Shown: positions 1 to 12,367, counted from the first letter of the stretch. The stretch is DNA of 64,000 bases from an uncultured Alphaproteobacteria bacterium (GCA_963731145.1 CAVSUX010000008.1:12843-76842); one strand, 5' to 3'. Numbers and translations: made by a program. Notes: a model not told the origin generated them from the letters alone.

Positions 1-73
1 GCGATGAGCGGTTTGCCGCGCTTGCTCTTGGGCTCGGCCTTTCTGTCATCGCCTTTTTTCTTCGTCCTGCTTC

Positions 74-1397
74 GTGCTGGTCATGACCGAGGCGCTCGAT
101 GCGACCTCGGCCTGGCTCGCCGCCATCCTCGGCTATGCCGGCGTCGTCCTGCTCTTCCGGCCGCTGCTGAGCGGGTTGCAGGCGATCCAGACCGCCGTGC
201 AGCGCATGACCGACGACGAGACGGCAATGCCGGAGGTCGAGACCCTCAGCCCAACCGCGCGCGAGCTCTGGCTGACCTTGGCGCGCTGGGCGCGCGACAC
301 GCGCGCGACTTTGAAGCAACGTGCGTCGGAACTTGCGGCGGCGCGCGCAGTCGAGACGGCACTGCCCGAGCCGATGCTGCTGCTCGGCGCCAACCGCCGC
401 GTCGTCCGCGCCAACGAAGCGGCGGTGCAATTGCTCGGCGACCGGCTCGTCGATCGCGATCTCGCCGGCGCGCTGCGCCACCCCGCGGTTCTGAACGCGA
501 CCGACGCAGTGCTGCGCGGCGAAGGGCTGCGCGTCGTCGAGTTCGAGATCGCCAGCCCGATCGAGCGCACGCTCTCGGCGCGGCTCGCGCCCTTGTCGCC
601 GCCGACGGCGGAAGGCGCCGCCGCGGTGCTGGTGCTGCACGATCTCACCGATATGAAGCGCAGCGAGCGACTGCGCGCCGATTTCGTCGCCAATGCCAGC
701 CACGAGCTGCGCACGCCGCTCGCCTCGCTGATCGGCTTCATCGAGACGTTGCGCGGCCCGGCGCGCGAGGACACGGCGGCGCGCGAGCGTTTCCTCGACC
801 ATCATGGCCGAGCAGGCCGGACGCATGGCGCGGCTGGTCGACGATCTGCTGTCGTTGTCGCGCATCGAGATGAACGAGCACCGCGCGCCGACCGACGCGG
901 TCGATATCGGCAACGTTCTTCACGCCGTCGCCGATACGCTGGAGCAGCGCGCCGCGGCGCGGCAGATGCGTTTCGATTTCAAGCTGCCGGCGGATCTCGC
1001 GCCGGTGCTGGGCGATGCCGACGAGCTGAGCCAGGTGTTCCAGAATCTGTTCGACAACGCGATCAAATACGGCGCCGCCGGCACGGCGATCGAAGTGTCG
1101 AGCTTCGCCTCCGGCAAGCTGCTGCCGGCGAGCCGACCCGGCCTTCGCAATGCCGCCGTCGCCATCACGGTGCGCGATCATGGGCCGGGCATTCCACGCG
1201 ATTTCTTGCCGCGCCTCACCGAGCGCTTCTATCGCGTCGATCCGGCGCGCTCGCGCGAGCTCGGCGGCACCGGTCTCGGCCTCGCCATCGTCAAGCACAT
1301 CGTCAGCCACCACCGCGGCGCACTCGATATGGACAGCGAGCTCGGCCAGGGCTCGGTTTTCACCGTCCATCTGCCGGTTGCAACCACGGTTGGTTGA
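74..1397 (+). pseudogene. phoR: phosphate regulon sensor histidine kinase PhoR, frame switch near 795-805
   Basis: ORF 74-1462 carries the H-box SHELRTPLASLIGF. The ATPase part (DNAIKY, GGTGLGLAIVKH) continues in ORF 804-1397 in another frame. It lies directly upstream of pstCAB-phoU-phoB. Confidence 0.85.
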
Positions 1398-1432
1398 CCG
1401 GAATTTTCCGGCATCACAGACCGCCCCGGTTC

Positions 1433-1460
1433 ATGACAGAGGCAGCAACCAAACTGTCAT
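1433..1460 (+). promoter_or_regulatory. possible Pho-box half-site pair in the phoR-pstC spacer
   Basis: CTGTCAT at 1454-1460 and its inverted copy ATGACAG at 1433-1439. The expected second direct repeat at 11-bp spacing is poor. Confidence 0.3.
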
Positions 1461-1564
1461 AAAAGCGCAACGGAGGCCGGGTACTTCTTGCCTAAAATGG
1501 CGTTACACAGCCTGGCGCAAAACAAGGTGGGGCATCATATGCCGACGGAGCTTGCCGGGCTGGA

Positions 1565-2548
1565 TTGCCAGCCATGGTAGATGCTGCATTAATGAACACT
1601 ACTGCTGGGGCAAATTCGCGGCGTCAGCGTCTGGCTGATATCCTGTTCCGCGGCACCACGCAGGTCTTTGCCATCGGCGTCCTGGTCCTTTTGGGCGCGG
1701 TCATGCTGTCGCTGCTGATCGGCGGTCTGCCGGCTTTCCAAGCCTTCGGCGTCGCCTTTCTCTGGGGCGATGTCTGGAACCCGGTGAAGCAGATTTTCGG
1801 CGGCTGCGCCGGCGATCTACGGCACCTTCGTCACGCTCGCTGATCGCCATGGTCATCGGCGTACCGCTCGCCCTCGGCGTCGCCATGTTCCTGACCGAGC
1901 TTTGCCCGCCCTTCCTGCGCCGACCGATCGGCATCCTGATCGAGCTTCTCGCCGCCATTCCCAGCATCATCTACGGCATCTGGGGCCTTTTCGTCCTCGC
2001 GCCCTTCCTGCAGATGACGGTGCAGCCCTTCCTCAAGGAGACGCTCGGCAATATCCCGATCATCGATTTCCTCTTCCGCGGGCCGCCGCTCGGCATCGGC
2101 ATGTTGACCGCCGGCTTCATCCTCGCGGTCATGGTGCTGCCCTTCATCGCCGCGGTGACGCGCGACGTGTTCCTGACGGTGCCGCCGATCCTGCGCGAAA
2201 GCGCCTATGGCATCGGCCTGTACCACCGCGGAGGTCGTGCGCGATATCGTCCTGCCCTACACGCGTGTCGGCGTCGTCGGCGGCGTCATGCTCGGCCTCG
2301 GCCGCGCGCTTGGCGAGACCATGGCCGTGACCTTCGTGATCGGCAATGCGCATCGCGTCAGCAGCTCGCTGCTTGCGCCCGGCACTACGATTTCGGCGAC
2401 ACTCGCCAATGAATTCAGCGAGGCAGTCGGCCCGCTCTACATCCCGTCGCTGATCCTTTTGGGCTTCATCCTGTTCATCATCACCTTCTGCGTATTGGCC
2501 GCGGCGAAGCTGCTGCTGCTGCGCCTCGACCAGCAGGCCGCGAAATGA
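1565..2548 (+). pseudogene. pstC: phosphate ABC transporter permease PstC, at least 2 frame switches
   Basis: ORF pieces 1565-1843, 1849-2412 and 2207-2548 lie in three frames and join into one PstC-like permease ([20 protein letters not shown]). The stop overlaps the pstA start. Confidence 0.9.
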
Positions 2549-3393
2549 CGATCTACAACCGCCGCCGCGCGACCAACCTCGTCATCCTGACGCTCTCGCT
2601 CTGCGCGACCGGCCTCGGCCTGCTCATCCTGTTCCTGATTCTCGGCGCGCTGCTCTATAACGGCGTTCCGGCGCTGACGCCGAGCACTTTCACTCAGGCG
2701 ACGCCGGCGCCCGGCAATCAGGGCGGGCTCAGCAACGCCATCTTTGGCAGCATCGTCATGACGGCAGTCGCGACACTGGTCGGAACGCCGGTCGGCGTCC
2801 TCACCGGCACCTATCTCGCCGAATATGGCCGCGGCACCTGGCTCGCGCCGGTCGTACGCTTCGTCAACGACATCCTCTTGAGCGCGCCGTCGATCGTGAT
2901 CGGCGTGTTCGTCTACACCCTGGTCGTCGTGCCGATGGGCCATTTCTCGGCCTGGGCGGGATCGATCGCCCTCGCGATCCTGGTCGTGCCGGTGGTCGTG
3001 CGCACCACCGAGGACATGCTGAATTTGGTGCCGTCGGGGCTGCGCGAAGCCGCCTTCGCCCTTGGCACGCCGGGCTGGAAGGTCGTCGTCATGGTGACCT
3101 ACCGCGCCGCGCTGCAGGGCATGATGACCGGCGTGATGCTGGCCGTAGCGCGCATCGCCGGCGAGACCGCGCCGCTGCTCTTCACGGCCCTCAATAATCA
3201 GTTCTCCAGTGCCAATATGAATGGACCGATGGCCAACCTTCCGGTCGTGATCTTTCAATTCGCCATGAGCCCCTATGCCGATTGGCAGCGCCTCGCCTGG
3301 GGCGGCGCGCTGCTTATCACCTTCGCGATCCTTTTCCTCAACATCGTCGCGCGGTTCCTGGCAAACTGGAGTGGAGGCTCAACCAGCCGATGA
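2545..3393 (+). CDS. pstA: phosphate ABC transporter permease PstA
   Basis: Intact 282-aa ORF with multiple hydrophobic segments and the permease loop [14 protein letters not shown]. It is overlap-coupled to pstC and to pstB (ATGA). Confidence 0.93.
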   Translation: MTIYNRRRATNLVILTLSLCATGLGLLILFLILGALLYNGVPALTPSTFTQATPAPGNQGGLSNAIFGSIVMTAVATLVGTPVGVLTGTYLAEYGRGTWLAPVVRFVNDILLSAPSIVIGVFVYTLVVVPMGHFSAWAGSIALAILVVPVVVRTTEDMLNLVPSGLREAAFALGTPGWKVVVMVTYRAALQGMMTGVMLAVARIAGETAPLLFTALNNQFSSANMNGPMANLPVVIFQFAMSPYADWQRLAWGGALLITFAILFLNIVARFLANWSGGSTSR

Positions 3394-4253
3394 CAATCGA
3401 TGTGAAGCCCGTGGAAACCCCAACCCAAAGCCCCGCTCGCCCGCCGCTCGGCTCCGCGCCGATGGTGTCTGTCAATCACACCGCCGAGCGCGGCGTGCCG
3501 CAGACCAAGGTCGTGATCAAGGATTTGCGCTTCTATTACAGGAATTACGAAGCGCTCAAAGGCATCAACATCGAGCTCTACGACCGCCGCGTCACCGCGT
3601 TCATCGGCCCGTCGGGCTGCGGAAAGTCGACGCTGCTGCGCATCCTCAACCGCATCTACGATCTCTATCCCGGCCAGCGCGCCACCGGCCAGGTGCTGGT
3701 CGATGGCCACGACATCCTCGACGCGCGCCAGGATCTCAACCTGCTGCGCGCGCGCATCGGCATGGTGTTCCAGAAGCCGACGCCGTTCCCGATGTCGATC
3801 TACGACAACATCGCGTTCGGCATTCGCCTCTATGAGAAGCTCTCGGCGCAAGAGCTCGACAATCGCGTCGAGCAGGCGCTGCGCCGCGCCGCGCTCTGGG
3901 ACGAGGTGAAGGACAAGCTGAAGCAAAGCGGCCTCTCGCTCTCGGGCGGTCAGCAGCAGCGTCTTTGCATTGCCCGCGCCGTCGCGGTGAAGCCCGAGAT
4001 CCTGCTGCTCGACGAGCCGTGCTCGGCGCTCGATCCGCTGTCGACGCAGCGCGTCGAGGAGCTGATCGCCGAGTTGAAGTCGGACTACACGATCGCGATC
4101 GTCACGCACAACATGCAGCAGGCGGCGCGCAGCTCGGACTACACCGCCTTCATGTATCTCGGCCAGCTCATCGAATTCGACGAGACCGAGGCCATCTTTA
4201 CGCATCCGAAGGAACGCCAGACGGAAGACTACATCACCGGCCGCTTCGGCTGA
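3390..4253 (+). CDS. pstB: phosphate ABC transporter ATP-binding protein PstB
   Basis: Walker [10 protein letters not shown], signature LSGGQQQRL, Walker B LLLDEP. I chose the ATG at 3390, which overlaps the pstA stop, over the upstream ORF start at 3282. Confidence 0.95.
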   Translation: MTIDVKPVETPTQSPARPPLGSAPMVSVNHTAERGVPQTKVVIKDLRFYYRNYEALKGINIELYDRRVTAFIGPSGCGKSTLLRILNRIYDLYPGQRATGQVLVDGHDILDARQDLNLLRARIGMVFQKPTPFPMSIYDNIAFGIRLYEKLSAQELDNRVEQALRRAALWDEVKDKLKQSGLSLSGGQQQRLCIARAVAVKPEILLLDEPCSALDPLSTQRVEELIAELKSDYTIAIVTHNMQQAARSSDYTAFMYLGQLIEFDETEAIFTHPKERQTEDYITGRFG

Positions 4254-4286
4254 GTGGGGCGGTCGGTCGGAAGGAGCGAAGGATCA

Positions 4287-4996
4287 ATGGTCGCCGAACA
4301 CATCATCAAGAGCTACGACCAGGAGCTGCAGCGGCTCGACAATTCGATCGCCGAGATGGGCGGCATGGCGGAAAGCCAGCTCGCCGCCGCGATCGACGCG
4401 GTGTCGAAGCGCGATGGCGATCTCGCCACCAGCGTCATCGAGGCCGACGGCAAGGTCGACGAGCTGGAGCATGAGGTCGAAGCGCAAGTCGTGCGGCTTC
4501 TGGCGCTGCGCCAGCCGATGGCGCGCGATCTTCGCCAGATCGTCGCCGCGCTCAAGACCTCGACCGATCTGGAGCGCATCTGCGATTACGCCGCGAATGT
4601 CGCCAAGCGCTCGCTGGTGCTCAATCAATCGGCGCCGGTGAAGCCGGTCTACGCGCTGCCGCGCATGGGCGCGGTGTGCCAAGCGCATGATCAAGGACAT
4701 GCTCGATGCCTATGTCGAGCGCGACGCCGACAAGGCCTTCGCGGTCTGGCTGCGCGACGAAGAGCTCGACGAGATGTATACGAGCCTCTTCCGCGAGCTT
4801 CTCACCTACATGATCGAGGATGCGCGCAACATCACGGCCTGCACGCATCTCCTCTTCATGGCCAAGAATCTGGAGCGCATCGGCGACCACACGACGAACA
4901 TCGCCGAGACGCTCTACTTCCTCGTCCACGGCAAGCCGCTGGCGCAGATCCGACCGAAACGCGACCGCACCGGTCGAGACGTCCGCCGCCGGATGA
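4287..4996 (+). pseudogene. phoU: phosphate signalling regulator PhoU, frame switch near 4680 and probably a second near 4970
   Basis: The N-terminal half is in ORF 4254-5024 (start at the internal ATG 4287 after GGAAGGAG). The second PhoU repeat (MIKDMLDAYVERD...NLERIGDHTTNIAE) is in ORF 4687-5313. The 3' end is uncertain (4996 or 5024). Confidence 0.85.
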
Positions 4997-5023
4997 TAAC
5001 GGCCACCAGGAGGACGTCGCCTG

Positions 5024-5893
5024 ATGCAGCCCCGCGTTCTCGTGGTCGAAGACGAAGCCGCACTGTTCACGCTCCTCCGCTACAATCTCGAGAAAGAAGG
5101 TTTTGCGGTCGCCGAGGCGCGCGACGGCGAGGAGGCGTTGCTCCATCTCAAGGAGGAAACGCCCGACGCCGTCCTGCTCGATTGGATGTTGCCGCGCGTG
5201 TCGGGGCTCGAGCTCTGCCGCCAGATCCGCCGCAGCTCGGCCTGGCGCGAAGTGCCGATCATCATGCTGACGGCGCGCGGCGAAGAGACCGACCGCGTGC
5301 GCGGCCTCGATAGCGGCGCCGACGATTACGTGGTGAAGCCCTTCAGCACCAGCGAGCTGGTGGCGCGGCTGCGCGCCGTGATCCGCCGCGCCCGCCCGGC
5401 CACCAATGCCGAAGTCTTGCGCTTCGGCGATCTCGCGCTCGATCTGTCGGCGCATCGCGTCAGCCGCGCCGGCCAGCCGATCCATCTCGGCCCGACCGAG
5501 TTCCGGCTGCTGCGCTTCTTCCTCGAGCGGCCGGGCCGCGTCTTCTCGCGCGAGCAATTGCTCGATGCGGTCTGGGGCCGTGACGCCGAGGTCGAACTGC
5601 GCACCGTCGACGTCCACATCCGCCGGTTGCGCAAGGCGCTCAACGAAGGCGGCCATAAGGACCTCGTCCGCACCGTCCGCGCCGCGGGCTACGCCCTCGA
5701 TCAAGGCGTCACGCGCGGTTCTGAGCGGCGTCGATTCTCGAGCGCCGTTACTGTCTCACGCCGCGCCGATCCGCTAGCTTTGCGCCGCACCATCGACAAG
5801 CGGAGAAGGCCGTGGCCGTTGCCGGCACACGCATCAAAGTGCCGGTCGCCGAGGTCATGGTCGAAGCCTATCGCGGGGTGTTCGGGCAGTTGA
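5024..5893 (+). CDS. phoB: phosphate regulon response regulator PhoB (OmpR family); the ORF runs about 60 aa past the conserved end
   Basis: Receiver domain (VVEDE, DWMLP, KPF) plus winged-helix output (TVDVHIRRLRKAL...VRTVRAAGYAL). The conserved part ends near 5705. The tail overlaps the next gene, so the true stop is uncertain. Confidence 0.9.
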   Translation: MQPRVLVVEDEAALFTLLRYNLEKEGFAVAEARDGEEALLHLKEETPDAVLLDWMLPRVSGLELCRQIRRSSAWREVPIIMLTARGEETDRVRGLDSGADDYVVKPFSTSELVARLRAVIRRARPATNAEVLRFGDLALDLSAHRVSRAGQPIHLGPTEFRLLRFFLERPGRVFSREQLLDAVWGRDAEVELRTVDVHIRRLRKALNEGGHKDLVRTVRAAGYALDQGVTRGSERRRFSSAVTVSRRADPLALRRTIDKRRRPWPLPAHASKCRSPRSWSKPIAGCSGS

Positions 5894-6637
5894 GCCTGTT
5901 GCTCGACATCGCCTGGCTGCCGCTGCTGCTTCTGCTCGCGGCCGCGATCCTTCCCGGCTATCTCCACCTCTATCGCGGTCTCGCCGCCTGCCGGTCTGGA
6001 GCGGCGATCGGCTCGGCCTCAAGCCTCGAGAATGTGATCGAGGCGCTCATCGGTCTGCTCTGCCTCACGGCTTTTGCCGTGCGCTGGTATCAGGTCACGC
6101 TCTTCACCGGTGCGCGCGCCGCGCCGACCGGGCATCTTCCCCGGCGCCTGGCTGCGCTTTCTGCTCTACACGCTGCTGCTCTATCTCATCGCCGGGCTGC
6201 TGATCGTCGCGATGCTGCTCGTCCGATCGCGATGGCGTGCCCGATTACATCGGGCTTCTCGACCGGCGCTGCGATCGATGGCGGCGTGGCTCGCGCCGGT
6301 GCGCTGCATGCTGCTCTTCCCCGCGGCCGCGTCCGGCAAGCCGCTATCGATCGCCGCGGCATGGCGCGGCCTCGGCGGCAATACCTGGCGACTGTTCGTG
6401 ACCGTGCTGCTCGTCAGCATTCCGGTGGTGTTCGTCACCGCCATGATCGTCAGCGCTTTCTTCGCCGGTTTCCATATCGAAGCGTTCGGCGATCAAGGTG
6501 CCGCCGCTCGGCTTCTTCCTGTTGCGCTCCGTGCTCAGCACCTGCGGCAATGTTCTGGTTGTCGCGCTCTGCGCCTCGGTGATCGCCGGCTTCTATCGCC
6601 GGCTCGAGGACACACGCCGCAATCAGCTCGGCGGTAA
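5812..6637 (+). pseudogene. hypothetical multi-pass membrane protein, at least 2 frame switches
   Basis: Hydrophobic ORF pieces 5812-6582, 6074-6637 and 6498-6686 lie in different frames. I recognised no family. Confidence 0.35.
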
Positions 6638-8731
6638 GGGCCGGAACCGGCGCGAGCCTTGCGGCATCGCGCCCGGCACCGAATAGGGCGCGGCGCGCGC
6701 CGGCGGATCGACCGAAGCACCGCCGAAGATACGATCGAGCAGATTGCGCAAACCCGAGAGCCGGCGGCCGGGCAGCCGCGCATTGGGCGCGCGGCGGCGG
6801 CACCGGCGCCGTAGCTGACCAGCGCCGGGGCACCCTCGCCCGGCAGCGGCTTGATCGGCATGCCGCGCGTCGCGACGGTCATGAAATCGTGCCAGGCATG
6901 CGCCGGTATCGTGCCGCCGGTGACTTTCTTCATCGGCGAATTGTCGTCATTGCCGAACCACACGCCGCAAACCAGATCGGCGGTGTAGCCGATGAAGAGC
7001 GCGTCGCGCGAATCCTGCGTCGTGCCGGTCTTGCCTGCCGCCGGGCGATCGAGCTTCGCGGCCTTGCCGGTGCCGTAGGCGATCAACGCCGGACAGAAGC
7101 TGGTTCATCGATCGCGACATTCGCGGGATCGATGACGCGGCCCGGCCCTGAGCCGTCGCGGCGATAGATCACCCCGCCATGCGCATCGCGAATCTCGACG
7201 ATGCCATAGGGCCAGGCGCCGATACCGCCCGAGGCAAAGGGCGCGTAAGCGGCGGTCAGCTCGATCAGCGAGACTTCGCTGGTGCCGAGGGCGAGGCTCG
7301 CATCATGCGCGAGATCGGCGGTGATGCCGAGCTTGCGCGCGGTCGCGATCACGTTGTTGACGCCGACGCGCTGCACGATCTGGGCCGCGACGCTGTTGAG
7401 CGAGAGTCGCGATCGCTTCCGAGACGGTGACGTCGCCGCGATATTTGTTCTCGAAATTATGCGGCTCCCATTTGCCGATCCGGATCGGCTGATCGATGAA
7501 ATGATCGCTCGGCCTGAGGCCACGCTCGATCGCCGCGAGATAGACCACCGGCTTGAAGGACGAGCCCGGCTGGCGCAGCGCCTGGGTCGCGCGATTGAAC
7601 TGGCTGTCGGCGTAATCGTCGCCGCCGACCATGGCGCGGATCGCGCCGTCGGGCGTCATCGCCACCAGCGCGCCCTGGCCGACCTCGTATTTGTCGCCGT
7701 TGCGATCGAGCGAATCGGAAATCACTTTCTCGCCCGCCGCCTGCATCTTCGGATCGAGCGTGGTGGTGACGACGAGATCGCGGTCTTGCGTGCCGCTGAA
7801 GCCGTCGATCTGATCGACGATCCAATCGGCGAAATAGCGGCTGCCGCGGCTGAGGCTCGGCGTCTTGGCGAGCTGCGTCTTCTGCTGCGCCGCGGCCTGC
7901 GCCTGCGCCGTGGTGATGAAGCCGGCATCGACCATATTGGCGAGCACCTGCTCGGCGCGCTGCGCCGCGCGCTCCTTGTCGTTCGCCGGCGAGAAGCGCG
8001 ACGGCGCCTTCAAGCAGGCCGGCGATCACGGCCGCCTCGTAGAGCGAGACGTCGCGCGCCGATTTGTCGAAATAGCGATGCGCCGCGGCATCGACGCCGT
8101 AGGTGCCGGCGCCGAGATAGACGCGGTTGAGATAGATTTCGAGAATCTGCTGCTTGGAAAATTTATGCTCGAGCCACAGCGCGAGCAGCGTTTCCTGGAT
8201 CTTGCGCGTGAAGGTGCGGTCGGGCGTGAGGAACAGATTCTTCGCGAGCTGCTGCGTGATCGTGCTGCCGCCCTGGACGACGTGACCGGCGCGCAGATTG
8301 GCGAAGGTGGCGCGCAAGAGGCCGATCGGATCGACGCCGAAATGGCTGTAGAAGCGGCGGTCCTCGGTCGCGATCACCGCCGCCGGCAGGTATTTCGGCA
8401 TCTCCTTGAGCCGCAAGCGGCTCGCCGAAGAGATCGCCATAGGTCGCGATCATGGTGCCGTCGCTGGCGAGAAGCGTGATGCTGGGCTTGCGCTGCGCCA
8501 GGGTGAGATCGCCGGTATCGGGCAAAGTGAGGGCGAAGAAGCCGATCACGCCCATGCCGGCGATGAAGCACCAAAGCCCGGCGAGCAGCGGAAGCGCAAG
8601 AGGCCGCCGCGACGCGCCGCGCTGCCGGCGCTGGCCGTTGCCGCCCCTACCGTCGGCCTGGCTGGGCGCTTGGAAGCACCACCGCGCGCGGTAGCGCGCG
8701 TATCGCGATCGCCGGTGGACCGCCGCGTCAT
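6623..8731 (-). pseudogene. class A penicillin-binding protein (PBP1A-type transglycosylase/transpeptidase), at least 6 frame switches
   Basis: Glycosyltransferase-51 motifs (EDRRFYSHFGVDP, GGSTITQQLAKN) are in ORF 7457-8440. The transpeptidase part (RQPGSSFKP, KTGTTQD) is in ORFs 7303-8013 and 6535-7086. The N-terminal membrane anchor is in ORFs 8546-8845 and 8163-8555. Confidence 0.85.
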
Positions 8732-8883
8732 GAACCGGAAAACCCTGCTGTCGGAAATGCCGCGGCGCGCCTCTCGCCCGGCCTTGAGGATTACTTGTAA
8801 CATATCCGTATCGAACCGCACAAGCCGCAGGATCGTCGCGGCCACCTTGTGCTAATGCTCGTGTTAATGTTTGACGCCCGAAC

Positions 8884-10167
8884 GTGGCGAAAGCGATGCC
8901 GCAACCTAAGCGAGCGGATTTGCTGACCGCCGCGTTAATCTTCGCCGCGACCTATCTCATCGTCGCGCTCGGCCGGCTGCCGTTCCTGCGGCTGGACCGC
9001 GCCGGCGCCGCTCTGCTCGGCGCGGCACTGATGGTGGCGAGCGGGACCCTGTCGCTCGACGAGGCCTATCGCGCGATCGATTTCGGCACGATCACCTTGC
9101 TGCTCGGCATGATGCTGATCGTCGCTCATCTGCGGCTCTCGGGCTTTTTCACCTCGGTGACCGCCTTCGTCGCCCGCCGCGCGCGAGGCGCCGCTGTTCC
9201 TGCTCGGCGCGATCATCGTCTTCACCGGCGTGCTGTCGGCCTTCCTCGTCAACGACGCGGTGTGCCTGATGCTGACGCCGCTGGTGATCGAGACGACGAA
9301 GCGGCTCGGTCGCCGCCCGCTGCCCTATCTGCTGGCGCTCGCCATGGCCTCGAATATCGGCAGCGTCGCGACGATCACCGGCAATCCGCAGAACATGATG
9401 ATCGGCAGCTTCTCGCACCTGCCTTACGCCAGCTTTCGCCGCCGCGCTGACGCCGATCGCGGCGCATGGGCCTTATCGTGCTGTTCGCGGCGATCGCCGC
9501 CTTTCATCCGCGCGACTTCTTTCGCGCCGACGATCCCGGCAGCGCCACACTGCAGCCGCGCGTCCACCCGGCGCTGCTCGCGGCCGCGCTCGGCGCGACG
9601 GTGCTGGCGATCATCGGATTTTTCGCCGGCATCGCACCGGCGAAGGTCGCGATCGTGCTCGGCGCGCTGCTGTTGCTTACTCCGATCAAGCCGCAGCGCG
9701 TTTATCGCGAGATCGACTGGTCGCTGCTGTTGCTCTTCGTCGGCTTGTTCATCGTGCTGGCCGGCGCCGAGAAAGCGCTGCTGACGCCGGCGGTACGCGA
9801 TGCGGTCGCGAATGCGCGGGCTTGGCGCGCGTGACCGGTGCTGACGGTCATCGCCGCGGTGCTGTCCAATCTCGTCAGCAACGTGCCGGCGGTGCTGGTG
9901 CTGGCGCCGTTCCTGCGCGGCATCGCCGATCCCGACCGCGCCTGGCTGGTGCTGGCGATGGCATCGACCTTCGCCGGCAATTTCACGATTTTGGGCTCGG
10001 TCGCCAATCTGATCGTGGTCGAGCAAGCACGCCGGCAGGCGGTCGATATCGGTTTCTGGGCCTATTTCCGCATCGGCGCGCCACTGACCTTGGCGACACT
10101 GGCGCTCGGCGCCTGGTGGCTGCGCCAAATAAAAAGGCCGCGCAAGCATCGCGTGCGCGGCCCGTGA
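8884..10167 (+). pseudogene. ArsB/NhaD-superfamily anion permease (YbiR-like), at least 3 frame switches
   Basis: Four hydrophobic ORF pieces (8884-9450, 9230-9784, 9466-9834, 9838-10167) carry motifs such as SNIGSVATITGNPQN and FTILGSVANLIV. Confidence 0.7.
10127..10162 (-). terminator. intrinsic terminator downstream of rpoH
   Basis: Minus strand reads GGCCGCGCA-loop-TGCGCGGCC followed by TTTTTATTT. It lies in the convergent junction with the permease gene and overlaps that ORF's last codons. Confidence 0.65.
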
Positions 10168-10183
10168 GAGACGAAGCTTTGGA

Positions 10184-11055
10184 TCACGCCGCGATGCGCT
10201 CCGGCGGCCGCGTCGATGTGTTGGCGGCGACCGCTTTCTGCAGCTTCTCGACCGCGCGCACCTCGATCTGGCGGATGCGCTCGCGCGACACCGCGTATTT
10301 GTGCGAGAGCTCTTCGAGCGTTGCCGGCTCGTCCTTCAGGCGCCGCTCGACCACGATCTCGCGCTCGCGCGGATTGAGCTTCTTCAGCGCGGCACCGAGC
10401 AGGCTGCGCCGACGGCGGCCTTCCTCGATATCGCCGATCACGTTTCCTGCGACGGCCGCTCATCGGGCAGAAGCTCGAGCCATTCGCTGTCGGCGTCGCC
10501 GCCGAGCATCGCGTTGAGCGAGTTGTCGACGCCGCCGAGGCGACGGTTCATCTCGATCACTTCGCTTTCCGGCACGGCGAGATCCTTGGCGATCGTCGCG
10601 ACGGTCTCGGGCGAGAGATCGCCTTGCTCGAATTGCTCGAGCTTGGCCTTGAGGCGGCGCAGATTGAAGAACAGCTTCTTCTGCGCGGCGGTCGTGCCGA
10701 TCTTCACCAGCGACCACGAGTGGAGGATGTATTCTTGAATCGCGGCGCGGATCCACCACATCGCGTAGGTCGCGAAGCGGAAGCCGCGCTCCGGCTCGAA
10801 TTTCTCGGCCGCCTGCATCAGGCCGATATTGCCTTCGGCGACGAGATCGGCGAGCGGCAAGCCATAGCCGACGAAGCCGCGCGCGATCTTCACGACGAGA
10901 CGCAGATGGCTGCCGACGAGCTCGTCGAGCGCCGCGCGGTCGCGCCGCTCACGCCACGCGGTTGCGATCTCGCGCTCGCGCTCCGGCGTCAGCATCGGAT
11001 AGCGCTTGGCCTCTTCGACGAAGCGGGTGAGTGTTGAATCAAGCTTGACGTTCAT
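10184..11055 (-). pseudogene. rpoH: RNA polymerase sigma-32 heat-shock factor RpoH, frame switch near 10440
   Basis: ORF 10438-11190 (start at the internal ATG 11055) contains the RpoH box AQKKLFFNLRRLK. Region 4 (LEELSHKYAVSRERIRQIE) continues in ORF 10184-10441. Confidence 0.9.
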
Positions 11056-11309
11056 CGCCTTTACCCATTCCTTTCGCCAACCCAGGGCCGCCTGATTCGT
11101 TCCGCCGGCGAGATGCCGTTGGACGAAAGCGGATCGTTGGCTTTTGCGGACTTCCCTCCGAGCCGCTCGGCCGTAGGCCTTCGGGCTCAACCAAAGAGAT
11201 GTGTCCGGAGGCGTTTTTATTCAAGGACCAAACCGGTACTATTTCGCAGCGCAAAAAGCGCGTCCCAGCTTTGCGCCGGACGCGAGGGATGGCGGCGAGC
11301 AGCGGTGAG

Positions 11310-12367
11310 CTAGAGCGACAGGTCGAGCTTGGCCTGGTTCGCCTTTTCGGCGTTATCTTGTTGTTCTTCCTGCTTTTTTAGCTGCTTCGTACTTGTTGAG
11401 TGCGTCGATCATCTTCTGCGCGATCGCCTTCTGATCGGGCATCGCAGCCCGGGCCGGTTCCGCGGCCTGAGCTGGCTGGAAGGAGCAGCGCCTGGCGTGT
11501 TGCGTTGGGCCGGCCTGGTCAGAGGTGTGTCGGGCCGAGCGAGAGATGGCCGCCTGCCGGCATGACCGGCAGGAGGTTGCTGCTCAGCTCGAGCGGCACG
11601 GGTGGTTGTTGAGTACCGCCCCGTTGGTGCCGCGGCCTTGACTGATTTGGTGCTGGAACTGCGAAGCCTGCGCCGTGAAGGCCTGTTCGGGCGTGGCCGG
11701 TGGTACTGGCGGCGCCGAGCGGTAGAGCTGGTTCATCGGCGACAGGCTGCGGCGGCATCGGGGTCAGCGCCTGCGGCACGGATGGCTGGACCGCAGCGGC
11801 GGCCGGGGTGGAGTTCGTTGGCGCCGAAGCCGAGGCGACGCTGCGCGCCGGCGGGGCCGTGACCGACCGCGCTGGCGGCACATAGCTTAGCGGCTTGGCC
11901 GGGCAGGGTCCGCGGCCGACTCTGGCTCGCGACCGCCGGCTGATTCCGGCATTGCGGGGTTGCGGGTTGGCCATCCGCGGTCGCGACTTGTGGCGTGCCG
12001 ACGGTCGGGCTTCGCTGTCGTGGTCGCGCGAGCCGAACACATCGGCGAGCAGACGCTCACCGAGATCATGGCCGCCGCGGAATCGGTCAGCAAGAGCGGT
12101 CGAGACGACGCTGACGCCGAAGCCGATCGGGCCGCCATAAAGCGCATCGCCGATGACGCGCGTGCCGGCCGCGGGTTCGTCGCCGGTCAGATAGCGATAG
12201 ATCGAGCCGACGACCGGCAGATGCTGGAGCGGGTTGACGATGTCGAGCAGGTCCTTGAACGAGAAACTGCCATGCGACCACATCGAGCGGCCGAGCGGCG
12301 CCGACGATGGGGACGCCGGCGGCGCGCTGAGGGCGGTTGGGGCCGCGGTGGCGGCGACGTCGGACAC
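11310..12367 (-). pseudogene. hypothetical Ala/Pro-rich protein, frame-disrupted at the 3' end
   Basis: ORF 11519-12367 has a conserved-looking N-terminus (FSFKDLLDIVNPLQHLPVVGSIYRY). A C-terminal piece (PDQKAIAQKMIDALNKYEAAKK / QEEQQDNAEKANQAKLDLSL) is split at an A6 run (11374-11379). Confidence 0.45.
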
